NCBI GenBank assembly: GCA_051892935.1
Contig: JBJFGS010000031.1
Coordinates: forward strand, 1-64,000
Length of the DNA: 64,000 bases
Reading direction: 5' to 3'
Source: Candidatus Coprovivens sp.
GTDB taxonomy: Bacteria > Bacillota_I > Bacilli_A > RF39 > UBA660
How positions within the stretch are numbered: the stretch's first letter is position 1; every line of letters starts with the position of its first letter. The notes under the pieces were generated by a model. That model saw only the letters and a program-made list of their open reading frames with translations, searched no databases and was not told the origin of the DNA. Shown here one piece after another: positions 10,790 through 21,435 of the stretch. The position numbers and the translations under genes were made by a program.

Positions 10790-12031
10790 TCATTTTTTTA
10801 TAGTTCTATATATTTTTAATAGAATTGGTAAAACTTTATACCATATTGGTTTATTAATTAAGTCGAATTCTCCTATGAATTCTATTAAATCCCCACCAAT
10901 TTTTCTTTTGTATTCAAAAATGCCTGCTAGATTTTTATACTTTGTTTTTGGATCTCCAACTACGCCAAATAAATCTGCATATTCATATCCGTTTTCGTAT
11001 GCATCTTTTATAAATTCATAATAAAGTCTATTAACTGTTCCAGTGTATGTTGCAACTTCATCGTTTCCTATATAAAGAGACCATGCTCCTGTTTTTGAGT
11101 ATGTACATATTAATGAAGCACAAGTGTATTCATCTTTATTATTTTTGCTTATTTCTTTAAAATACTCTATGTCTTTTTGAATTTTTGCTTTACGTTCTTC
11201 TTTTTTTTCATTTTCTAGTTCTTTTGTAAACTTTTCAATTAATTTGCATGGGTTTATCTTTACATTGTAAATCTTGACATATCCTTTTTTGTTTAATTCT
11301 GTATATACATTATTATAATAATCGTAGCTATATTCATTAAAGCCATCCTTATTAGATATTAATTTTATTAAATCATGGAATGTTTTAACTTCATTTGCTT
11401 GGTATACTTCTATATCGTAATTATAACTTCTTTTCAAAGGTTTAGAAAATGATTTAGAAAACGTTTTTTCTACTTCTTCAAAAGAATTGAATTTATTAAA
11501 ATATGTACGAAATGTATAACGTGGTTGGTTGCCTTCATATAGCTTGTTAAATCCTTTATGCTTATATCCTAGATTTAAAAAATTATTATAAGTAACATAG
11601 TTATTCTTTCCATTTTCTATTTTTTCACCATCAGTGTTTACTTCTTGATACATTATCGGAGGATCTAATCGTAGATAGATAGCATTTTCTTCTTTTAAAT
11701 AGTTTTTTAGTTCTTTTGTAAATTCTGTTAATACTTCATTATTATTGAAATCCATTGTGAAGCCGCGTGGAGCATAGAAATAACACATGTTAAGTGGTGT
11801 TCTCTTTTTTAGAAGAAGTGCTGCTGCAACTAACTCGTTTTTATCATTTTTTAGTCCTACATAACATGGAATTTGATTTCTGTTTTTTTTACAAGCTTGT
11901 CCCCATTCGTAACTTTGCATAAAGTGGTTATTTGGACATTTTTCCCAAAAGGATTGATATTCTTTTTCACTTAAGTTTTTTATAAATTTCATATAATCAC
12001 TTCCTATTAAAAGTATATCATATATTGTCAA
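10790..12031 (-). CDS. FemABX/MurM family peptidoglycan interpeptide-bridge aminoacyltransferase
   Basis: HFMQS.EW, YAPRG, QPR, DLFG, GIFEYKRK.GG..IEFIGEFD. Confidence 0.92.
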   Translation of the reverse strand: MTIYDILLIGSDYMKFIKNLSEKEYQSFWEKCPNNHFMQSYEWGQACKKNRNQIPCYVGLKNDKNELVAAALLLKKRTPLNMCYFYAPRGFTMDFNNNEVLTEFTKELKNYLKEENAIYLRLDPPIMYQEVNTDGEKIENGKNNYVTYNNFLNLGYKHKGFNKLYEGNQPRYTFRTYFNKFNSFEEVEKTFSKSFSKPLKRSYNYDIEVYQANEVKTFHDLIKLISNKDGFNEYSYDYYNNVYTELNKKGYVKIYNVKINPCKLIEKFTKELENEKKEERKAKIQKDIEYFKEISKNNKDEYTCASLICTYSKTGAWSLYIGNDEVATYTGTVNRLYYEFIKDAYENGYEYADLFGVVGDPKTKYKNLAGIFEYKRKIGGDLIEFIGEFDLINKPIWYKVLPILLKIYRTIKK

Positions 12032-12194
12032 TTTTATTATGTGTTTTGTAAATGAATGTAAATATTTATTTAATGATTTTTACTTTAGTATGGGCATTAT
12101 AACTTTTTTATATATTAAAGTGTAATAAATACACTTTTTATTTTTTTATATCTGTGGTATGCTTTAGATGGTAGAGAAAAATGGAAGGTAAAAG

Positions 12195-13649
12195 GTGAGT
12201 TTTATGAAAGTAGTTATGCTTGGAAATGATTCCAAGGAGGAAATAGAAAAGAGATTACAAATAGTTGCATCTGCTGGTAATTTGTCACGTGCAGATGGAA
12301 CTGTTACTCAAGTTTTTGAGAGTAATAATGATTATGAAAAAAATTTAAAATTGGCAAGATCTGTAGTTGGTTATGGTCATAAATCGATTGCTGAACATGA
12401 TTACATTGTTTTTGCTTTAGAAGATGTTACACCAATAATTGAACAAACTATAATTGGATATAGATTAACTTCATTTACAATTAAATCTAGAAGGAATGTT
12501 GATTTTAGAAATGTTGGTTTTTATGTTCCAAAATTTCATGATAAAGATGGTAATGTTTTAAAAAATAACAAGAAATTACAGAAACAATATTCTGCTTATA
12601 TGCAGTCTTTATTTGATAAATATGGAGAGTTAGTTGATGAGGAAATTCCTGTTGAGGATTGCCGATATATATTGCCTTATTCTTATTATAGTAATATCAT
12701 AATGGGCTGTGATGCTAATGAGTTGTTGTGTATGACATCTGATATGTTATATGGAAAAATATCAAATATACCGGAAATTAAAGAATTAGGTGAAAAATTA
12801 GCTACTATGATAGTTAATAAAGTACCATATTTAGTTAGGGCTTTAGATTCCGAAAAAGAAAAAGATTATTATGATGATAAATATGTATTTTTGGATGAAA
12901 TGGTATCTAAGACAGATATAGAACCAGGGAGACTATTATCAGGTGTTATTTTAACTGATTATACAAAAAATGCTGATTGGAAGGTTTTATGTAGTTTAAT
13001 AGCTGCTAGATATCAAGTTAGTATGGATGATGCTGCTGAAATATTACATAAATTATCATATCAAGATAGTGGAATTAAGAGAAAAATTATGCAAGCTTTA
13101 ATTCATAGTAAAAATCAAAGAGAATTGGAACAAGTTTTATTTTCATTTGAAATTCCTATTTCACTTGCAGTATTAACTCATATTACAAGACATAGAATGC
13201 ATTCATTATTAGTTCCTGATTTTGTTCCATTGTGGGATATGGGAAATTATGTAATTCCTGAAACTGTTTCTAAGAATCATAAAGATGAATATACTGAAAT
13301 ATTCTCTAATAATGTTTTGATGGTTGAAGAGTTTAAAAAGCAAGGAGTTAGGGATGAAGATTTAGTTTACTTCTATTTATCTGGTAATGCATGTAATATT
13401 TATACAACAATGAATGGAAGAACACTTGAATGGATATCTAGAATGAGATGTTGTAATAAGGCTCAATGGGAGATTAGAAATATTGCAAATTCAATGGTTT
13501 CTCAGGCTTCTAAAGTTGCACCATTAATAGGTGAGGGATTGGGACCTTATTGTAAAGTAATGGGTTATTGCCCTGAAGGAAAAGATAGTTGTAAAGCTAG
13601 GGGAGTAGTTGTATTATCTAAAAAGCCCAAAAATGATGTAAATAAATAA
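12195..13649 (+). CDS. thyX: FAD-dependent thymidylate synthase with two tandem ThyX domains
   Basis: GHKSIAEH, RYILP, RHRMHS, R.C.KAQWEIR, GP.C...G.CPEG. Confidence 0.88.
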   Translation: MSFMKVVMLGNDSKEEIEKRLQIVASAGNLSRADGTVTQVFESNNDYEKNLKLARSVVGYGHKSIAEHDYIVFALEDVTPIIEQTIIGYRLTSFTIKSRRNVDFRNVGFYVPKFHDKDGNVLKNNKKLQKQYSAYMQSLFDKYGELVDEEIPVEDCRYILPYSYYSNIIMGCDANELLCMTSDMLYGKISNIPEIKELGEKLATMIVNKVPYLVRALDSEKEKDYYDDKYVFLDEMVSKTDIEPGRLLSGVILTDYTKNADWKVLCSLIAARYQVSMDDAAEILHKLSYQDSGIKRKIMQALIHSKNQRELEQVLFSFEIPISLAVLTHITRHRMHSLLVPDFVPLWDMGNYVIPETVSKNHKDEYTEIFSNNVLMVEEFKKQGVRDEDLVYFYLSGNACNIYTTMNGRTLEWISRMRCCNKAQWEIRNIANSMVSQASKVAPLIGEGLGPYCKVMGYCPEGKDSCKARGVVVLSKKPKNDVNK

Positions 13650-13718
13650 AAGAAAGTTATTAATACTTCCTTTTTTTTATGTTTTTTGATAGTATAAATT
13701 GCGTAAGTAGGTGATGTT

Positions 13719-14651
13719 ATGCTTGATTATAAATTAGTTGATGCACAGTTTAAAGATAGTGATATTCTTGTTAGTATTAAACTAGTAACAATGATAGATG
13801 ATGAAATGGATAAAGTCTTATCATATACTGAAAAAAATAAAATACGAAAAAGTGTGGATATTAATGTCGAAAGAACTTGTGAATCCTATAAGATTATATA
13901 TGTTGGTAAAAAAATTGCTGGTGCTTATTTGACTTTACCTTATGAAGAGGGAATTATAATAGATGAAATATATTTATTTGAGGAATTTAGAAATAATGGT
14001 ATTGGAACAGATATTATTAAAAGAATTCAGAAAGAAAATTCAGATTTATATGTTTGGGTCTATAAGAATAATAAAAAAGCAATTGATTTGTTTGAAAGGT
14101 TAGGATTTAGAGTAATCTCAAATGGTAGAACTCTAATAATGAAATATGATAAAGTTTATATAAATATTAAAGATAAATTAGATGGTATTAAATTAGGATA
14201 TAGAGATAAAGAAGGTAATTATTATTCCGGTTTTAAATATAATTTTAAAGATATATACTATCTACAGAGTCCTAAACAATTGTTAGAAAGTAAGGTAGGT
14301 TGTTGTTTTGATCAAGTTGAGCTTGAAAGAGATTTAGTATCAAAGCTTAATGTAGATTGTCGTACTTATTATATGATGTATTCTGATGATGTTGTTGATT
14401 ATGCTCATACTTTTTTGATTTATAAAGATAGTAAAAAATATTATTGGTTAGAAAATGCATGGTTAAAGTATAAGGGAGTTCATGTGTATGATTCTAAGGA
14501 AGAGTTATTCGAAGACATAGTTGGTAAATTTGTTAATACTATACCTAATGGTAATATAAATAAAATAAAATTATTTATGTATGATAAACCAAGATTTGGA
14601 TTAAATTATAGTAAATTGTTGGCTCATTTTATTAATTCTAAAAAATGTTAA
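13719..14651 (+). CDS. GNAT acetyltransferase fused to a transglutaminase-like domain
   Basis: FRNNGIGT, N..A..LFERLGF; C-terminal GCCFDQVE / AHTFL / WLE. Confidence 0.7.
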   Translation: MLDYKLVDAQFKDSDILVSIKLVTMIDDEMDKVLSYTEKNKIRKSVDINVERTCESYKIIYVGKKIAGAYLTLPYEEGIIIDEIYLFEEFRNNGIGTDIIKRIQKENSDLYVWVYKNNKKAIDLFERLGFRVISNGRTLIMKYDKVYINIKDKLDGIKLGYRDKEGNYYSGFKYNFKDIYYLQSPKQLLESKVGCCFDQVELERDLVSKLNVDCRTYYMMYSDDVVDYAHTFLIYKDSKKYYWLENAWLKYKGVHVYDSKEELFEDIVGKFVNTIPNGNINKIKLFMYDKPRFGLNYSKLLAHFINSKKC

Positions 14652-14758
14652 TATTAATTTTCTAAATATATTATGTATGATTAGTTTAATAAGTAAAGTT
14701 TACTAAAATGAAGTTACTTAATGAGTAGCTTTATTTTTATGTGTTATAATATATATAG

Positions 14759-16549
14759 GTGACAGAAATGAGTAAAGTTGTTATCTTAAAGAAAAAAAGA
14801 ATTTTTATTATTATGTTAACCTTTTTTATAGTTGTTTCATTAATATTTGTTTGTTTTAAAATGAATAAAAAGAAGGAAAATGCAGTAGATGATGTTATTA
14901 ATAAATTATATTTTGAAAATATAAGTAATAAAAAAGAAGTTGGAAAACTTGTTTTGATAGATGAAATTCATAGTAATGTTAGTTATAAAGTTAACTATCC
15001 TGTTTTAGGGAATGATAAAATAGATTCTATAATAGTAAAAGAAGTCGATAAAATAATTACTAATAACGATAAAAAATATTTGTGTAATTGTCCTTCTGTT
15101 AATTATTATTTTCTGATGAATTATGAAAGTTATATTGTTGGTAAAAGCTATGTTAATATTTTATTAAACGAAGTATTTGAAGATAAAGATTTAAACTTGG
15201 TTGAAAAAAAATCTTATTCATATTTATTTGATATTACTAATGGTAAACTTTTAAAAAATGAAGAAGTTTTTAAAAATGAGTTTTATGATTATTTAAAGTC
15301 CAACTTAAAAAAAGAAGAAATTACTAATAATCTTATTTATGTTATTAACGATGAGAAGTTAGTTTTATTAGATTATGATGTTGAAATTTCGTTAGAAGAT
15401 ATAGGGAAATACTTTTTTATAGATGTTGTTTCTGATAGAGATTATGCTAGTAAAGATGTTGAAACTGAATATGTAATATTAAATAAGGAGAAGAATGTAA
15501 CTAGTACAACCTTACTATATAGTAAAGATTCAAATGATAGTGATTCTATTGGAAAAATAGAGAAAGATTCTAAGGTAAAAGTTTTTTCAGAAAGTGATAA
15601 AGGATGGAGTATTTTGTTTTATGAAGATAGAATTGTTTTTGTAGAAAGCAAATATTTATCTGAAATAAAAAAAGAAGAAAATGTTGATAATGGAAATTTT
15701 ACGGAAAAAAGAACAATGTATGCAATTATTGATGTAAATATAAGAAGTGAAGCAAATTCTAATTCTGAAAAGCTTGGTGAATTAAAAACTGGGGAATCAA
15801 TAGAGAAGATTGGAGAAGAAGGTAGTTGGACAAAAGTATTATATGAAGGTGAAATAGCCTATATATCATCTTCTTGCTTATCATCTGTAAAAATAAAGAA
15901 AAGGGAAGTAAAATTAAATGTACCACCTCAGGGGAATATTGATGTAAATAAACCGATGGTTGCACTTACTTTCGATGATGGACCTAACCCTGTATCAACA
16001 CCATTAATTCTAAATACTTTGGAAAAATATAATGTACATGCTACTTTCTTTGATTTAGGTAGTTTAATGAAAAAATATCCTGCTGTTGTGCAACGTGAAG
16101 CTCAACTTGGTGAAGTTGGAACTCATACATATTCGCATAAAAATTTAAATAAACTTAGTATTAATGAGATAGAACAAGAACTTAAGTTAAGTAGGGAAAC
16201 TTATAAAAATGTATTGGGGTATGATCCTATCTTATTAAGACCGCCATATGGAAATATTAATGCTACAGCACGAGCTTTAGTAGATATGCCTATTATTCAA
16301 TGGGATGTTGATAGTCTTGATTGGAAATATCGAAATAAAGATTTAATATTAAATGAAATAGATAAATATGGTAATTTAGATGGACGTATTATATTAATGC
16401 ATTCTATTTATACCTCAACTGCTGATGCTGTTGAAATATTAGTTCCTGATTTGATAGATAGGGGATATCAAATTGTGTCTGTTTCTGAATTAGCTAGTTA
16501 TAGGGGATACACTTTAGAAACAGGAACTATTTATCATCATTTTAAATAA
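14759..16549 (+). CDS. Membrane-anchored polysaccharide (peptidoglycan) deacetylase with SH3b domains
   Basis: TFDDGP, HTYSH, RPPYG, DSLDW, ILMH NodB motifs; VNIRSE...W.KV SH3b. Confidence 0.9.
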   Translation: MTEMSKVVILKKKRIFIIMLTFFIVVSLIFVCFKMNKKKENAVDDVINKLYFENISNKKEVGKLVLIDEIHSNVSYKVNYPVLGNDKIDSIIVKEVDKIITNNDKKYLCNCPSVNYYFLMNYESYIVGKSYVNILLNEVFEDKDLNLVEKKSYSYLFDITNGKLLKNEEVFKNEFYDYLKSNLKKEEITNNLIYVINDEKLVLLDYDVEISLEDIGKYFFIDVVSDRDYASKDVETEYVILNKEKNVTSTTLLYSKDSNDSDSIGKIEKDSKVKVFSESDKGWSILFYEDRIVFVESKYLSEIKKEENVDNGNFTEKRTMYAIIDVNIRSEANSNSEKLGELKTGESIEKIGEEGSWTKVLYEGEIAYISSSCLSSVKIKKREVKLNVPPQGNIDVNKPMVALTFDDGPNPVSTPLILNTLEKYNVHATFFDLGSLMKKYPAVVQREAQLGEVGTHTYSHKNLNKLSINEIEQELKLSRETYKNVLGYDPILLRPPYGNINATARALVDMPIIQWDVDSLDWKYRNKDLILNEIDKYGNLDGRIILMHSIYTSTADAVEILVPDLIDRGYQIVSVSELASYRGYTLETGTIYHHFK

Positions 16550-16684
16550 GAAGTCACTTTGTGACTTCTTTATTTTTTATAAGCTGTTGATAAGTATAGA
16601 AGTTGTCAACATACATTATTAATTATGAGGATGATTTAATTGTGTGATACAATTAAGATATAAAAAATAAAGGAGATTTGTTTA

Positions 16685-17572
16685 ATGGATTTAAAAAAAT
16701 TATTTGGTTATGAAGGAAAGAATGTTGTTGTAACTGGTGCAGCTTCTGGTATGGCTAGAAGTGCTGCAGAGTTATTAATTGAATTAGGAGCTAATGTTTA
16801 TGCAGTAGATATTAATCCTATTGATTTACCTGTTGCAAAGTCTTTTCAAGCTGATTTAAGTAAAAAAGAGGAAATTGATAGAGTAATGGCAGAATTACCA
16901 AACGAATTAGATTGTTTATTCTTATGTCATGGAATAGCTCAATTTCCTGGAAGAGAATTACTTGTTCAAAAGGTTAATTTTTATGGTCAAAAGTATATGG
17001 CTGAGTCTTTACTTCCTAGAATTAAGGAACATGGTTCAGTAAACTTTATTTCATCAGTTGGTGGATTTGGATGGGAACAAGTTTATGATAAGTGTGTAGA
17101 ATTAATTAATTTAAAAACTTGGGATGAAGCTATGGAATGGTATGATAAACATCCTGAGTTAATTCAAAGTGCTTATGTATTTGCTAAACAAAGTTTAGAG
17201 TCATATGTAACTTATAAATGTATGGCACCTGAGTATATAGATAAGAGAATTAGACTTAATTGTATAAATCCTGGGGATACTACTACAGGACTTACTGATG
17301 ATTTTAATAAGTCAACTAGTCCAACCGGTAATGCTGATGAGGGTGCTGAAATGATTTCAAATATCTTCTTAAAGAGTTGGAATGGTTATGCAGCTGAGCC
17401 ATGGCAGATGGGATATCCTCTAGTTGTGGTAGGTAGTGATATTTGTTCTTATATGTCAGGTCAATTAATTTATATTGATATGGGTTTAACTAGTACTTGG
17501 AAGAGTGGAGCTATGCTTCAACAAAATGCTAAGTCAATAGAGGAATTGAGTGCTGAGGCAAATCAAGAGTAA
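16685..17572 (+). CDS. SDR oxidoreductase
   Basis: TGAASGMA, YVFAK (YxxxK), NCINPG. Confidence 0.88.
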   Translation: MDLKKLFGYEGKNVVVTGAASGMARSAAELLIELGANVYAVDINPIDLPVAKSFQADLSKKEEIDRVMAELPNELDCLFLCHGIAQFPGRELLVQKVNFYGQKYMAESLLPRIKEHGSVNFISSVGGFGWEQVYDKCVELINLKTWDEAMEWYDKHPELIQSAYVFAKQSLESYVTYKCMAPEYIDKRIRLNCINPGDTTTGLTDDFNKSTSPTGNADEGAEMISNIFLKSWNGYAAEPWQMGYPLVVVGSDICSYMSGQLIYIDMGLTSTWKSGAMLQQNAKSIEELSAEANQE

Positions 17573-17585
17573 AAATTAAGAACAC

Positions 17586-18623
17586 TTGGGTGTTCTTTTT
17601 TTATTTTTTTGTGATATAGTACGTTTAAGTGGTGATTTTATGGTTAGAAATGTTATGAATTTTTCTTCTTTAGAGGATTTGTTGAAAAAATATACAAAAG
17701 ATGAATTAAAAAATATTGGTAAAGAATTAGAAATTGCTAATATTAGTCAATTTAATAAAACTAAACTTATTGAAATAATAAGAAAAGCATTGAGTGATGA
17801 AAAAAAGTTGAACTGTTTGTTGAAAAATATGACTAGTGATGAACTGGATTCTTTTAAGTATCTAATGTTTAATGAAGGAATGGTTACTAATAAATGGTTA
17901 GATTGTGGCAACTATTTATATAATCTAGGAATTTTATATTGTAATGAAAAATATGATTATATTCCCTCTGAATTATATAATATTTTGATAAATATAGATT
18001 TGGCTGAAATAGAAAACATAGTTAATGAAAATTCTAAGTTATATAATTTATTAAAATCAATGATAAATTTATATGGTGTTATAAACTTCGATGATTTGGT
18101 AGGAAAATATGAACAAATTTATAAAGAATTTCCCAAAATTTCTATTGAAGTTTTTGATACTTTTTTACGTTCTGGTTTTATTGATTATGTTCATATGGGT
18201 GATGAGTTGTATTTCGTTCATAATTTTTTTATTTTATATGATGCATTTGACTTAGTGGAGGAAATTGTAGAAAGACAAAAATGGATTCCTAGAAAAAACA
18301 TAGAGATTAGTGAATTATTAAAATATCGAAATAATACTTACTATGTAGAAAATAAAGAAATAATAAAATTTAAGAGTTATTTAAAAAGTAAAATAGTGTT
18401 TGATACAGAAGATTCACTTGAAGAATTTGTGGTTTATACAATTGAATGCTTAAAATTTAGTAATGATAACATAAATGAAATTGTCGGTTTATTACTTAAT
18501 AAAGATAAAAAATTGAATATACAAAAGCTTTTTGAATTATTAGTTGATGTTTATAACAATTTAATTATATATTCTAACAATGGTTGGACACCGATTGAAA
18601 TGAGGAATATGAAGAATGGATAA
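17586..18623 (+). CDS. Hypothetical protein (resembles SEC-C-associated proteins but lacks a SEC-C tail)
   Basis: N-terminal EL..I.K...SQFNK..LI motif, NLYG, terminal NNGWTP.E. Confidence 0.55.
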   Translation: MGVLFLFFCDIVRLSGDFMVRNVMNFSSLEDLLKKYTKDELKNIGKELEIANISQFNKTKLIEIIRKALSDEKKLNCLLKNMTSDELDSFKYLMFNEGMVTNKWLDCGNYLYNLGILYCNEKYDYIPSELYNILINIDLAEIENIVNENSKLYNLLKSMINLYGVINFDDLVGKYEQIYKEFPKISIEVFDTFLRSGFIDYVHMGDELYFVHNFFILYDAFDLVEEIVERQKWIPRKNIEISELLKYRNNTYYVENKEIIKFKSYLKSKIVFDTEDSLEEFVVYTIECLKFSNDNINEIVGLLLNKDKKLNIQKLFELLVDVYNNLIIYSNNGWTPIEMRNMKNG

Positions 18624-19022
18624 AAGTAATATAAAAAAATAGAAGTTGTAGCGGCATTAATAGAAAAAGATGGTAAATATTTGATTTCTAGAAGAGCTAC
18701 TGGAGATGAAAATGTATTAGGTAAATGGGAATTTCCTGGTGGAAAAGTAGAATCAAATGAAGAAGAAATGACTGCTATTGAAAGAGAGATAATGGAGGAA
18801 TTTGAGTTAGAAGTAAAAGCTGTTAAATTTTTAGATAATAATGTATGTGAATATCCAAATAAAATAGTAGATTTAAGATTATATGAATGTAAATATGTTA
18901 GTGGAGAATTTAAGTTACATGATCATTATGAATATAAGTATGTTGGGAAAGATGAAATACTAGAGTATTATTTGTGTTTTGCCGATGTGCCTTTGGCTGA
19001 ATATGTGAAAGAAGCAATTTAA
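18616..19022 (+). pseudogene. MutT-like NUDIX hydrolase, apparently frameshifted near the start
   Basis: WEFPGGK.E..E......RE..EE Nudix box; the typical N-terminus KKIEVVAALIEK is in frame upstream of 18681, but ATG 18616 is out of frame by one base at an A7 tract (18633-18639). Confidence 0.7.
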
Positions 19023-19097
19023 TATTGTTTCTTTTCTTTATGAAAAGTAAGTTTATTATGTTATAATATTTTAGAAAGATTTCAGGAGGTAGATACT

Positions 19098-19928
19098 ATG
19101 TTAAAAGGTAAACCATTCGTTAAGTGGGCTGGAGGAAAAAGGCAAATAATTGATAAACTTAAAGAACATGTTCCTGAAGAATTTGATACTTATTTTGAAC
19201 CATTTGTAGGTGGTGGAGCTTTATTATTTGAGTTAGAACCAGAAAAAGCTGTTATTAATGATAGTAATAGAGAATTGATGAATGTATATGAATGTATTCA
19301 AGATGAAACTAAATTGGAAAAAATGTTAAGAGAATTAGATAAATATGAAGCTAATCATAGTGAAGAGTTTTATTTTGAAATAAGAAATAAAGATAGAGAT
19401 AAAGCTAAATTTTGGAAAATAGTAGATTATAAAAGAGCAGCTAGAACTATTTATTTAAATAAAGCTTGTTTTAATGGATTGTATAGGGTTAATAGTAGAA
19501 ATGAATTTAATGTTCCATTCAATAAGAAAGAAAAGATTAATACTTATGATGGTCCTAATATGTATACTATTCATGCATATTTAAATTATCGTAATATAAC
19601 TTTGTTATCTTGTGATTTTGAAGAAGCAGTAAGAGGTGCTAAGAAAGGTGATTTTATCTATTTTGATCCGCCTTATGATTCAGATACTTCTACATTTAAT
19701 AATTATACAGAAGATGGTTTTGATAGAAATGAACAAGTTAGATTAGCTAGAGTATTTAAAGAGTTAGCTGATAGAGGTTGTTATGTTATGTTATCTAATC
19801 ATAATACATCTTTAATAAAAGAATTATACAAAGATTTTAATATTCATTTAATTGAAGCAAAAAGAAATATAAATGCCAACGGAAAGAAAAGGGGTAAAGT
19901 AGAAGAAGTAATTATAACAAATTACTAG
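19098..19928 (+). CDS. Dam/DpnM-family DNA adenine methyltransferase
   Basis: KWAGGK, EPFVGGGA, FNGLYRVN, DPPY. Confidence 0.93.
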   Translation: MLKGKPFVKWAGGKRQIIDKLKEHVPEEFDTYFEPFVGGGALLFELEPEKAVINDSNRELMNVYECIQDETKLEKMLRELDKYEANHSEEFYFEIRNKDRDKAKFWKIVDYKRAARTIYLNKACFNGLYRVNSRNEFNVPFNKKEKINTYDGPNMYTIHAYLNYRNITLLSCDFEEAVRGAKKGDFIYFDPPYDSDTSTFNNYTEDGFDRNEQVRLARVFKELADRGCYVMLSNHNTSLIKELYKDFNIHLIEAKRNINANGKKRGKVEEVIITNY

Positions 19929-19982
19929 AAAATAAAAGGAAATTAGCCCTTTTATCTATAATAATATAGGTAGGAGGGCTTT

Positions 19983-21287
19983 TTGCATATGAAAGAAGTT
20001 GAACTTTTAATGGCTAAAAAAACAGTAGCACAATTATGGGAAGAGATATTTGAAAAGTATAATATCTTGGATAAAATTAATGAGAACGGTATGCTTAAAA
20101 TAACCGCTGATCAAATAAGAGAATTTAAGGAACCTCGTTTGATGGCAAAGTTTGATTATTCTAAACAATTACCATCTGTATTTAAAAATAATGGATTAGG
20201 AATATTACCTATAAAAAATGGAGAATATGTTATTGGTAAGTTTAACTTATTTGAAAAACTTACAGGTACAGGAATAGAAAAGGTTGAAATAAAAAAAGTA
20301 CAATTACCTGATTTTATTGAAACAATAGATCCTGATAATATTTATTCAGAAAGTAATGCCTTAAATGTTGCTTTGTTATCAGGAATGTTAAACGATGCAT
20401 TTGAGGAAGAATTATTTGAAACTATTCAAGGTAAGATGAGAACTAATGAATTTAAGTTTGAGATTAATTCGGTTGATAATGTCTCTAGTTTAGTAAATGT
20501 TAATGGCGCTGTTATTGAAATTGATGGTGGTTACGAAGGTAGAAGTAAGTTAGTTTTGATTGAAGCTAAAAATAATTTGCCTGATGACTTTATAATAAGA
20601 CAACTTTACTATCCTTATAGATTTTGGAAAGCTAAAGTTGCTAAGATTGTAATACCAGCATTTTTTGCATATGAAAATGGTATTTATAATATTTTTATTT
20701 ATAATTTTAATGATGATAATAATTATAATTCTTTAGAGTTAAATACTATAAAAAGATATATGTTATCTAGTGAATCAACTGAAAATATTAAGAAGAATAT
20801 TTTTGAGTTAATTGAATTGGTTGATGAATTATCACAAGACAAAGTTCCATTTCCACAAGCTGATTCTTTTACAAAAGTTTTAGGTACTATGGAATATTTA
20901 AATAGTGGATTAAATACTGCTAATTTAATTGCAGAGGCATTTGAATTTGACTCTAGACAAGGTAAGTATTATATAGATGCTTTAAGATATTTAGATATTG
21001 CTCAATCATCTAATGTTTGGGGAGAATATGAATTAACTGATTTTGGTAAACACTTGATGGAGTTAGATGTAAAAAATAGAAATAGATTAATAATTCAAAA
21101 AATATTATCTCATAAACCTTTTTACGAAGTTTATAAAGGGTATTTAGAAAATGAAGAGATTTATAATAGGGGAGTAATAAAAGATAATATATTAAATGTT
21201 ATTCCTCAACTTAGTGATGAAACTGCCAATAGAAGAGCAAGTATAGTTCGTGGTTGGATTGAGTGGATAATTGGTGCACAAATTTAA
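19983..21287 (+). CDS. Putative type II restriction endonuclease (PD-(D/E)XK) paired with the Dam-type MTase
   Basis: EPRLMAKFD, EIDGGYE...IEAK, RQLYYPYR, FPQAD, C-terminal wHTH-like region. Confidence 0.75.
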   Translation: MHMKEVELLMAKKTVAQLWEEIFEKYNILDKINENGMLKITADQIREFKEPRLMAKFDYSKQLPSVFKNNGLGILPIKNGEYVIGKFNLFEKLTGTGIEKVEIKKVQLPDFIETIDPDNIYSESNALNVALLSGMLNDAFEEELFETIQGKMRTNEFKFEINSVDNVSSLVNVNGAVIEIDGGYEGRSKLVLIEAKNNLPDDFIIRQLYYPYRFWKAKVAKIVIPAFFAYENGIYNIFIYNFNDDNNYNSLELNTIKRYMLSSESTENIKKNIFELIELVDELSQDKVPFPQADSFTKVLGTMEYLNSGLNTANLIAEAFEFDSRQGKYYIDALRYLDIAQSSNVWGEYELTDFGKHLMELDVKNRNRLIIQKILSHKPFYEVYKGYLENEEIYNRGVIKDNILNVIPQLSDETANRRASIVRGWIEWIIGAQI

Positions 21288-21291
21288 AAAA

Positions 21292-21374
21292 TTAATTCTA
21301 AGACCTCGGGTTTAGAATTCTAAAGTGGAGATTTATGGCTCCACTTTTTCTTAAGAGATTTAGAACTCTAAGAA
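21292..21374. repeat. Triple-hairpin element, copy A (diverged)
   Basis: Same three consecutive inverted repeats as 51671 and 52933, with compensatory changes in stem 2. Confidence 0.75.
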
Positions 21375-21400
21375 AAAAAAGAGAAAATGAATAGATAAAT

Positions 21401-21429
21401 TTGACTATAATAGGAACTTACTATATAAT
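21401..21429 (+). promoter_or_regulatory. Near-consensus sigma-A promoter
   Basis: TTGACT-17 nt-TATAAT. Confidence 0.8.
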
Positions 21430-21435
21430 CGAAAA

